A DNA stretch of 36,251 bases from Proteromonas lacertae (Eukaryota), in assembly GCA_002245135.1 (NCBI GenBank), contig NGBS01000586.1, positions 310,001-346,251 on the forward strand. The letters are read 5' to 3'. Positions 26,261 through 36,251 of this stretch are shown here, in pieces. The notes below the pieces were generated by a model, which made no database searches, was not told the origin of the DNA, and saw only the letters and a program-made list of their open reading frames with translations. Position numbers and translations under genes: made by a program. The first letter of the stretch is position 1; every line of letters starts with the position of its first letter.

Positions 26261-27159
26261 ATTATCACTTTAACAAGTACATTGGTCTTATGACGTTCTG
26301 CTAAAATAGGAATAATTTCTTTATTTTAATATTTTTAGTCATTTTCTTTGAATGCTACAACAATAACCTTATCTGAGCTATCAGCGTTATCTTTTATAAA
26401 TATTTTGGCTTCATGCAATTTTATTTCACTTTTATCTAAACCACCATCTCTTAATCTTGATTTGCTACACTAAATATTATCTCTCTATCAAATGATAATT
26501 CAATGGTTATTACTTGATATTTGAATAGAATCGTTCCTATTGTTTCACCTTCAGTAATATCTTGAAAATGGATGATTAAAACAATATAATCTATAGTTCC
26601 ACTTAATTTTTTGGTTCTGGTGTCTTCATTACTGCAACATAGTAATATTGTGTTGATGTTACTGGATTATACCATTCTTCGTTCCCCATTATCCATGCTT
26701 TAACACTATATAATACATTTTACGAATAGTATATTTACTTCCTTCATACTTTTAATGGATTATGTTAAATTTTGTTTGATATAATTTAAAATATTTAGAT
26801 GCAGCTTATAATAATCAACGAGGACATTTTTTTAGAACGGCTGTTCAAATTTTTAACACCCTATTTCTAGTGGCGTTACAGCCTTTATATTAAATTTCTT
26901 CAAGATATAGATAAGTAATTAAGAGTTTCTGAAACTATCTGTGAATTTCGTTTACTTATGATTAATTCATTTTGACATTAGTTTTAAAATTGATGTCCAA
27001 ACAAAAGTGCATAATATCTGCATTTAGGACCTCCAATTATTTTCGTAATAATATGTTTATTTAATGAAAAAATAAACAAAACATTTTCACAAAGCAAACC
27101 TCAAGTTTGAATGATTTTAAATTTTTTGGTTTTTAAGCTCCTTATTTAATAGATGAATA

Positions 27160-27600
27160 AGAAATATTATTATGTGGTTTTATGATTAATATACAAAGAC
27201 AGAGTGGTGCTAGAATTAAAATATAGTGAATATGTTACATATTAGAAGTGATCTCAAAGAGAAGTCCAAAAAATGAATTAGAAATATTATTATGTGGTTT
27301 TATGATTAATATACAAAGACAGAGTGGTGCTAGAATTAAAATATAGTGAATATGTTACATATTAGAAGTGATCTCAAAGAGAAGTCCAAAAAATGAATTA
27401 GAAATATTATTATGTGGTTTTATGATTAATATACAAAGACAGAGTGGTGCTAGAATTAAAATATAGTGAATATGTTACATATTAGAAGTGATCTCAAAGA
27501 GAAGTCCAAAAAATGAATTAGAAATATTATTATGTGGTTTTATGATTAATATACAAAGACAGAGTGGTGCTAGAATTAAAATATAGTGAATATGTTACAT
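27160..27600. repeat. 120-bp tandem array (~3.7 copies), left arm of element B
   Basis: The unit agaaatattattatgtggttttatg...gaagtccaaaaaatgaatt recurs exactly every 120 bp. Confidence 0.97.
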
Positions 27601-28386
27601 GTAATTTAATAGTTACTAGTCATTATGGATAATTTAATTAAAATATGAAAGTGAATATTGTTTTTGGTTGTTACAATTAAATTGTATATGTAGATGAAGT
27701 AATATACTAACAATGTTGATGATAAGCATCGAGAATTATAGCAGAATTAGGAAAGATGTTTGAGTAGAAGATTTATTGGTATTTAAATGGTGAATCTGAC
27801 ACACTCACTGGCTTTTAGTTATTTAGCAAAGGAAAGAAAAATAACAGTAACAACAACTCTAGTAATAAACTTAATAACTTATTCTAATAGCCATTAGATT
27901 ATTATGAAAATATTTTATAGTTTATTAATAAAATAGTGTTAATAAGTGTTTTTAAGCTATGTTAGTTAAAAATTACTTCAAAAGGATTGAAATTGATATT
28001 TTAAATACTATGATAATTTGTTACTGTGATATTAATTTCATTTAATAATAAATTAGTATTAGAAAAGAAGAGAATATGAGATTATATGATTTATACTTCA
28101 CAACACCATAAGAATTTAATGAATTAGAATGTGATTAGAGAAGTGTATTATCAATATAGATAATAAGAAATTGTTATTCAATGAAGATAATAATATCAAT
28201 AAAACAAAAGAAAATATTAATATATATTATTACAGTTTATATGAAGAATGTAAATACATGATAAAAGAATGAATAAATGATAAAATATTGATAGTATAAT
28301 TGTATAGTATTTGAATAGATATTCAAGATAAAATGATAAAATCGTATAATATAACCAATATACTTATATAATATTATAATTAAAAT

Positions 28387-30438
28387 TTAGTTTATTTTCT
28401 TTCTTTTATTCTTTTTTTCGTATGAACATTCAATCCTCTTTGACATATAAATTGTTCTTTTTGTATAGATATTATTTATATAGTTTAAAGTAGCATCATC
28501 TTGAATTATTTTATATCCTTCCTCAGAATTACTTATGAATAAATATATTGCTGTTATTATTATCTCTGATGCTTCTTTTTCAATATTGCTATAATCTTTT
28601 GCTATGAATTTTTTAAATTCATTTTCTGCTATTTTATCATATATATAATTTATTAGTGATTGGTATATTTCTGTTATTGTATCATCTTTAATACTTTGTA
28701 ACATAGATGAAAAATATGATTTATGAATAGAAGCTTTTAATTTGACAAATTCTTCTTCATCAATGTTTATGTTTTCATAATTAATAATGTTATTATATAC
28801 CTCTTTTTCATTTAAACTTTTTTCTATACTTTCTACTACTTCTGTTGGATAATGAATTTTACTGAAATAACAATCTGTAATTGGTATACTACTAAAAAAG
28901 TAACTTTTAAAACACTCGTTGCATATTAATTTATAAGTATCCACTTTTATATCAAATTTTACTTTAATATAAAGCATATGCGAACATGGTATTCCTGTTA
29001 CCATTCTATATCCACAATTACAGCTAATTACATCATTATTACAACTTACAATATATTTATCATTCTCATTCTTCAAAATATACTCGTTTTTTTCTTCATT
29101 ATACCAACATTCATAAATTGAATCGCAAAGAATTGAACTTTGATAAATGAAATTTGCAGCACATTCATCCCACAGCATCGAGGATATTTCATCTAATTTA
29201 TCGTTATTAACAGTAATGATTTCATTAATTATTTTATATTGTTTTTTGTAGATGTCTTCCAATACTGTCAATACTGCATCATATCTGGATCTACGATGTT
29301 TAAGTGAACTTTTAATATAATGATTTAATGCTTCAACCGCGCTAGTGCTATGGCACCCATATATACCCATTTCAGAAACACCATCTTTTGTAAAATACGA
29401 CTTATATTTATCACTTGTATTTTCTACAATTATTTCTCTTTGCAGTGGATTGGTTATATAATTATATAAAATACTTTTTAATGCTTTATCTCGAATATAT
29501 ATTAGAAAGTGGAAGGTATCTATAACAAACTGGATATTTAATTCACGAAGGGCATATAAAACGGCAAGCTCTTTGTCATGTATAACACTTACTATATTGC
29601 CGTTTGTATTAAGTTTTTGATATATAAAAAGATATGTGGATTTGTCTTTTTTTCTAGTTATTGCAAAAGCAACTAACAATAACTTGTGTGGTGCTATTTG
29701 CATATACACTAGATACAGTTGCATATTATTCAAAAATACATTGAAAGTTCCATCACAAACCAAAGTCGAATATTTTAGCAACCTTTCTTGGTCCATAATA
29801 ACTAAAACTGTATCTTTATTTTTGTATACAGTATATTTTTGTTCAACATTAAAGAAAAATCTTCGCATCCCTTCTTCTTCATTTCTTAATTCTTTTTTGA
29901 AATTAATAACTTTTGTTTTTATCTGCTTTTCTACATTATTAGTTATTCTATATCTATCCTTAACTGTTTTAATAATATTTGGCAATAATGATTTTGTGTT
30001 CTTAGCCATTGAAATTACTTCATTTTCAATATCATTAGTCAATTTATAAATTGTTCTTTTATCTATAATTCTATTCAACTTATGATTGTGAGATTTAAAT
30101 TCTACTATTATTTCTTTAGTATAATCAACCTTAACACAAAAATTACATCCTCCTTCATAATCACAGGAAAATGTTAATTCCTTCTTTGCATGACTTGAAT
30201 AATGCACAACTGGTTTAAAACCTACTTGATACCCATAAAGATGAACGATAAAATAAACATCACCTTTCGTTTTGAACTTGGATTTAAATAGATCTTCGTG
30301 TATATCTGCAAACGTCTCAAAAGGTGGGTATATTTTGCACACCTTTGCCAGCTCTTTGCATCTGCCATCGACTATTGAGTGACTGTCCTTACTAACAGGA
30401 ATCACTACACATTCATTTACAATTTCAATTTTATTCAT
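28387..30438 (-). CDS. MULE (Mutator) DDE transposase with N-terminal FAR1/WRKY-like Zn motif and SWIM finger, 683 aa, intronless
   Basis: Catalytic motifs LVCDGTF (D1), VIHDKE (D2), DTFH (C/DxxH) and TSAVEALNHYIK (E). SWIM finger CNCGYRMVTGIPCSH. N-terminal C-x5-C...HNH. Confidence 0.93.
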   Translation of the reverse strand: MNKIEIVNECVVIPVSKDSHSIVDGRCKELAKVCKIYPPFETFADIHEDLFKSKFKTKGDVYFIVHLYGYQVGFKPVVHYSSHAKKELTFSCDYEGGCNFCVKVDYTKEIIVEFKSHNHKLNRIIDKRTIYKLTNDIENEVISMAKNTKSLLPNIIKTVKDRYRITNNVEKQIKTKVINFKKELRNEEEGMRRFFFNVEQKYTVYKNKDTVLVIMDQERLLKYSTLVCDGTFNVFLNNMQLYLVYMQIAPHKLLLVAFAITRKKDKSTYLFIYQKLNTNGNIVSVIHDKELAVLYALRELNIQFVIDTFHFLIYIRDKALKSILYNYITNPLQREIIVENTSDKYKSYFTKDGVSEMGIYGCHSTSAVEALNHYIKSSLKHRRSRYDAVLTVLEDIYKKQYKIINEIITVNNDKLDEISSMLWDECAANFIYQSSILCDSIYECWYNEEKNEYILKNENDKYIVSCNNDVISCNCGYRMVTGIPCSHMLYIKVKFDIKVDTYKLICNECFKSYFFSSIPITDCYFSKIHYPTEVVESIEKSLNEKEVYNNIINYENINIDEEEFVKLKASIHKSYFSSMLQSIKDDTITEIYQSLINYIYDKIAENEFKKFIAKDYSNIEKEASEIIITAIYLFISNSEEGYKIIQDDATLNYINNIYTKRTIYMSKRIECSYEKKNKRKKIN

Positions 30439-30680
30439 ACAGGTACAATTAGTCTATATAATTAGATATACGTAAATAAAAAATTACAGCTTTATTTCAA
30501 AAACAAACAACAAAACTAGTAGAAATGCAATTCTTAATCAACCAAAATTTCCCCCAAATACCCCTTTTTTTTATTATTAAAAAAATTATTGAGGATAATC
30601 TATCAACACTATGTAGTATTCTATACAAGAAGAAAAATAAATATGTGTATAAATAGCACATCTAAGATCTGTCTAAAAGA

Positions 30681-31956
30681 ACATCTTCACTATATTTTAA
30701 TTCTAGCACCACTCTGTCTTTGTATATTAATCATAAAACCACATAATAATATTTCTAATTCATTTTTTGGACTTCTCTTTGAGATCACTTCTAATATGTA
30801 ACATATTCACTATATTTTAATTCTAGCACCACTCTGTCTTTGTATATTAATCATAAAACCACATAATAATATTTCTAATTCATTTTTTGGACTTCTCTTT
30901 GAGATCACTTCTAATATGTAACATATTCACTATATTTTAATTCTAGCACCACTCTGTCTTTGTATATTAATCATAAAACCACATAATAATATTTCTAATT
31001 CATTTTTTGGACTTCTCTTTGAGATCACTTCTAATATGTAACATATTCACTATATTTTAATTCTAGCACCACTCTGTCTTTGTATATTAATCATAAAACC
31101 ACATAATAATATTTCTAATTCATTTTTTGGACTTCTCTTTGAGATCACTTCTAATATGTAACATATTCACTATATTTTAATTCTAGCACCACTCTGTCTT
31201 TGTATATTAATCATAAAACCACATAATAATATTTCTAATTCATTTTTTGGACTTCTCTTTGAGATCACTTCTAATATGTAACATATTCACTATATTTTAA
31301 TTCTAGCACCACTCTGTCTTTGTATATTAATCATAAAACCACATAATAATATTTCTAATTCATTTTTTGGACTTCTCTTTGAGATCACTTCTAATATGTA
31401 ACATATTCACTATATTTTAATTCTAGCACCACTCTGTCTTTGTATATTAATCATAAAACCACATAATAATATTTCTAATTCATTTTTTGGACTTCTCTTT
31501 GAGATCACTTCTAATATGTAACATATTCACTATATTTTAATTCTAGCACCACTCTGTCTTTGTATATTAATCATAAAACCACATAATAATATTTCTAATT
31601 CATTTTTTGGACTTCTCTTTGAGATCACTTCTAATATGTAACATATTCACTATATTTTAATTCTAGCACCACTCTGTCTTTGTATATTAATCATAAAACC
31701 ACATAATAATATTTCTAATTCATTTTTTGGACTTCTCTTTGAGATCACTTCTAATATGTAACATATTCACTATATTTTAATTCTAGCACCACTCTGTCTT
31801 TGTATATTAATCATAAAACCACATAATAATATTTCTAATTCATTTTTTGGACTTCTCTTTGAGATCACTTCTAATATGTAACATATTCACTATATTTTAA
31901 TTCTAGCACCACTCTGTCTTTGTATATTAATCATAAAACCACATAATAATATTTCT
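30681..31956. repeat. 120-bp tandem array (~10.6 copies), right arm of element B, inverted relative to 27160-27600
   Basis: Sequence lines repeat exactly every 120 bp, and the unit is the reverse complement of the left-arm unit. Confidence 0.97.
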
Positions 31957-33380
31957 TATTCATCTATTAAATAAGGAGCTTAAAAACCAAAAAATTTAAA
32001 ATCATTCAAACTTGAGGTTTGCTTTGTGAAAATGTTTTGTTTATTTTTTCATTAAATAAACATATTATTACGAAAATAATTGGAGGTCCTAAATGCAGAT
32101 ATTATGCACTTTTGTTTGGACATCAATTTTAAAACTAATGTCAAAATGAATTAATCATAAGTAAACGAAATTCACAGATAGTTTCAGAAACTCTTAATTA
32201 CTTATCTATATCTTGAAGAAATTTAATATAAAGGCTGTAACGCCACTAGAAATAGGGTGTTAAAAATTTGAACAGCCGTTCTAAAAAAATGTCCTCATAA
32301 TCAACATATAACTCTTTATGATTATATTAAACTACAATCAAAATCATGTTGTATTTGACTTCATTCACATTTTTGATCAACTTTAACTATTCTACTTACA
32401 CTATATCCAATTCTTCTCACTCGATTAGTTTCAAGCAAATGAATGAGAGAATTTAAATATTCACAAATATTCTTCGTTTGATGAATGTTTTGTTGGGTAT
32501 GTTTCAACTAACCAATATAATTCAGAGGATTGTCTTAAACATGAATTTCTTCCTTTTACACTATAATTTTCATTATCTGATTCGTCATTCATTCACTCAT
32601 ATTGCTTTCATAGGTATTTATTCTTTGCTTCCACTAATTTCTCTTTATTTATTGCAAACGCTATTTATATATAATAAAAATATACCATTAAACTACTTAA
32701 GTGTACTAAAATATAAATTAGTAGAATTATCATTGATAGCTATTCCACAACCATTTTTCTTAAAATCCACCTTGAAGTAGTATTAATTGGGGCCTATTCT
32801 ATTCCTACTGTAAAAATACAAAGATAAGTTCAGAAACGCTTAGTTTTATGATAATAGTAAGATAAATATAATTATTGAGGTTGAAACACCTCTAGAAATA
32901 GGAAAGTTGCGAATTGGACTCGAGTTCAAAATTTGAACTCGGTACTTCCAGCCACTTTACAGCGCTAATATTAAAATTTCATTGACTTTTGTAATTAAAT
33001 TAAACTATTCTGAAATGCGTGTTGAATTTGGACAACATCAATGTTAGTCATTAGAAACATCATTAGAATTTTGTACATAAATCTATTGTACATAATATGT
33101 ATACACTGGACCTCCAGTTTTAAATCTAATTATTTTGATAGTTCAAGAGAAAATTCAAAAAAAGAAATATTGACACAAGCTTTGGCTTGATCAAATTTGA
33201 ATTTATTTAAATTTTGAACTCGCTCTTTGTATGCGAAGAGAATATTCAATTTTAATAATCATTTGACATGTATAAGTTTTAATTATTTAATTTAAACTAT
33301 AAAAATACAAGTAATACAAGAAATTATCTAGATCGTTAAGATTAGAAGAGATTACGAAATACTCAATAACAACGTAATAT

Positions 33381-34080
33381 TAACTATCAATTTATTTCGA
33401 TTTAGAACAAACTAACATAATTCTTTCTAATCTTCGATTTTGTACTCATTTCATTCTATATATTATACTCAATTATATATACATTATACAATAACCATTT
33501 TTAACTATCAGTTTACTTCGATTTAGAACAAACTAACATAATTCTTTCTAATCTTCGATTTTGTACTCATTTCATTCTATATATTATACTCAATTATATA
33601 TACATTATACAATAACCATTTTTAACTATCAGTTTACTTCGATTTAGAACAAACTAACATAATTCTTTCTAATCTTCGATTTTGTACTCATTTCATTCTA
33701 TATATTATACTCAATTATATATACATTATACAATAACCATTTTTAACTATCAGTTTACTTCGATTTAGAACAAACTAACATAATTCTTTCTAATCTTCGA
33801 TTTTGTACTCATTTCATTCTATATATTATACTCAATTATATATACATTATACAATAACCATTTTTAACTATCAGTTTACTTCGATTTAGAACAAACTAAC
33901 ATAATTCTTTCTAATCTTCGATTTTGTACTCATTTCATTCTATATATTATACTCAATTATATATACATTATACAATAACCATTTTTAACTATCAGTTTAC
34001 TTCGATTTAGAACAAACTAACATAATTCTTTCTAATCTTCGATTTTGTACTCATTTCATTCTATATATTTTAACTATCAA
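33381..34080. repeat. 121-bp tandem array (~5.7 copies), left arm of element C
   Basis: Units start at 33381, 33502, 33623, 33744, 33865 and 33986; the last copy is internally deleted. Confidence 0.96.
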
Positions 34081-34265
34081 ATCCTTTTTTCTTCCATCAA
34101 CAATGGAATGAGTTGAATCTTTATTTAATTTATATAGGATTTTTACAAATCCATTTTCAATACTTACATGATTCATACAGCAAAGTATTAATTACAAGGG
34201 ATGTGAGGATAGTACAAATAACAAAATAGAAAGATTCAGTAACGGATATTTTTCATTTTAAAATA

Positions 34266-35481
34266 ATAGTTTAAAATGGTTATTGTATAATGTATATATA
34301 ATTGAGTATAATATATAGAATGAAATGAGTACAAAATCGAAGATTAGAAAGAATTATGTTAGTTTGTTCTAAATCGAAGTAAACTGATAGTTAAAAATGG
34401 TTATTGTATAATGTATATATAATTGAGTATAATATATAGAATGAAATGAGTACAAAATCGAAGATTAGAAAGAATTATGTTAGTTTGTTCTAAATCGAAG
34501 TAAACTGATAGTTAAAAATGGTTATTGTATAATGTATATATAATTGAGTATAATATATAGAATGAAATGAGTACAAAATCGAAGATTAGAAAGAATTATG
34601 TTAGTTTGTTCTAAATCGAAGTAAATTGATAGTTAAAAAATGGTTATTGTATAATGTATATATAATTGAGTATAATATATAGAATGAAATGAGTACAAAA
34701 TCGAAGATTAGAAAGAATTATGTTAGTTTGTTCTAAATCGAAGTAAATTGATAGTTAAAAATGGTTATTGTATAATGTATATATAATTGAGTATAATATA
34801 TAGAATGAAATGAGTACAAAATCGAAGATTAGAAAGAATTATGTTAGTTTGTTCTAAATCGAAGTAAACTGATAGTTAAAAATGGTTATTGTATAATGTA
34901 TATATAATTGAGTATAATATATAGAATGAAATGAGTACAAAATCGAAGATTAGAAAGAATTATGTTAGTTTGTTCTAATCGAAGTAAATTGATAGTTAAA
35001 AATGGTTATTGTATAATGTATATATAATTGAGTATAATATATAGAATGAAATGAGTACAAAATCGAAGATTAGAAAGAATTATGTTAGTTTGTTCTAAAT
35101 CGAAGTAAACTGATAGTTAAAAATGGTTATTGTATAATGTATATATAATTGAGTATAATATATAGAATGAAATGAGTACAAAATCGAAGATTAGAAAGAA
35201 TTATGTTAGTTTGTTCTAAATCGAAGTAAATTGGATAGTTAAAAATGGTTATTGTATAATGTATATAATTGAGTATAATATATAGAATGAAATGAGTACA
35301 AAATCGAAGATTAGAAAGAATTATGTTAGTTTGTTCTAAATCGAAGTAAATTGATAGTTAAAAATGGTTATTGTATAATGTATATATAATTGAGTATAAT
35401 ATATAGAATGAAATGAGTACAAAATCGAAGATTAGAAAGAATTATGTTAGTTTGTTCTAAATCGAAATAAATTGATAGTTA
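34266..35481. repeat. 121-bp tandem array (~10 copies), right arm of element C, inverted
   Basis: Reverse complement of the left unit, with a few C/T variants and 1-2-nt indels among copies. Confidence 0.96.
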
Positions 35482-36251
35482 ATATTACGTTGTTATTGAG
35501 TATTTCGTAATCTCTTCTAATCTTAACGATCTAGATAATTTCTTGTATTACTTGTATTTTTATAGTTTAAATTAAATAATTAAAACTTATACATGTCAAA
35601 TGATTATTAAAATTGAATATTCTCTTCGCATACAAAGAGCGAGTTCAAAATTTAAATAAATTCAAATTTGATCAAGCCAAAGCTTGTGTCAATATTTCTT
35701 TTTTTGAATTTTCTCTTGAACTATCAAAATAATTAGATTTAAAACTGGAGGTCCAGTGTATACATATTATGTACAATAGATTTATGTACAAAATTCTAAT
35801 GATGTTTCTAATGACTAACATTGATGTTGTCCAAATTCAACACGCATTTCAGAATAGTTTAATTTAATTACAAAAGTCAATGAAATTTTAATATTAGCGC
35901 TGTAAAGTGGCTGGAAGTACCGAGTTCAAATTTTTGAACTCGAGTCCAATTCGCAAACTTTCCCTAGAAATAGGGTGTCCAAATTTTGAGTGGGACCCAA
36001 AACACAAGATCCCTATTCTAACAATACAGTCAAGTCATAATATGGTTTAAGTATTTTCACCATATTGTCCAGTAGAACATATAATATTGATATTGAGTTA
36101 GTATTTATAAAATACTAACTCTTGGGATAAAATTGTTTATATGTATTACTATTATATTGTATGCTTTGTATACTTACTCATTTTACCTTTAATATCTTTT
36201 ATTTCATCATTGTCATTAAAGAACTGATTTACAATAGCTTTTTACAGCTAG

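Larger units (their letters stand above)
26820..32296. mobile_element. Element B: putatively autonomous MULE (5477 bp) with long foldback-type TIRs
   Basis: 9-bp TSD ATAATCAAC at 26811-26819 and 32297-32305. Termini are GAGGACATT...AATGTCCTC. The ~340-bp unique TIRs are apparently identical and are followed by inverted 120-bp arrays. There is an internal transposase ORF. Confidence 0.95.
32901..35963. mobile_element. Element C: non-autonomous foldback-type MULE (3063 bp), almost entirely palindromic
   Basis: 9-bp TSD CTAGAAATA at 32892-32900 and 35964-35972. Termini are GGAAAGTT...AACTTTCC. It has ~480-bp near-perfect unique TIRs (32901-33380 and 35482-35963), inverted 121-bp arrays and a ~185-bp core. 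No long ORF. Confidence 0.95.
25212..36013. mobile_element. Element A: outer non-autonomous Mutator-like (Pack-MULE-like) element
   Basis: 9-bp TSD TATTCTAAC at 25203-25211 and 36014-36022. Termini are GGGATCTTG...CAAGATCCC. Left TIR 25212-25339 matches the right TIR, which is split into 32814-32900 and 35973-36013 by element C. Confidence 0.92.

Noticed and set aside
30589..30801. 70-aa ORF upstream of the transposase
   Set aside because: It runs into the 120-bp array and is most likely a chance frame.
30681..35481. Regular arrays as CRISPR or telomeric repeats
   Set aside because: The units are head-to-tail identical 120/121-mers with no unique spacers and no cas genes, and they lie inside TSD-bounded TIR elements.
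36095..36121. 12-bp-stem hairpin GAGTTAGTATTT-ATA-AAATACTAACTC
   Set aside because: It is isolated in degenerate AT-rich sequence with no functional context.

Overview
Very AT-rich eukaryotic DNA with many tiny GT(AT)...AG introns (about 24-46 nt). This style suggests a Blastocystis-like protist, which is an inference. The left two-thirds is gene-dense. It holds a partial unknown gene, a lid-less Hsp70 with a predicted C-terminal membrane anchor, a decayed Crinkler/RHS-like NTPase+REase locus ending in a ~430-bp inverted duplication, and a coiled-coil protein with an HSP20-like tail. It also holds an SSXT(SS18/GIF)+Myb fusion gene, an FHA gene, a pseudokinase-LRR gene, and an ~11-kb gene for a giant class-C-GPCR-like receptor. 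That receptor has about 9 tandem UrtA/AmiC-like Venus-flytrap domains and a cluster of frame lesions at 15.2-16.4 kb. The right third (25212-36013) is a nest of three related Mutator/MULE elements, each with its own 9-bp TSD. Outer element A is non-autonomous and carries host gene fragments, including a propionyl-CoA carboxylase biotinyl domain. Element B encodes an intact transposase and has 120-bp tandem arrays in its arms. Element C is a foldback element with 121-bp arrays, inserted into the right TIR of A. All family assignments come from motif recognition by eye; no searches were run.
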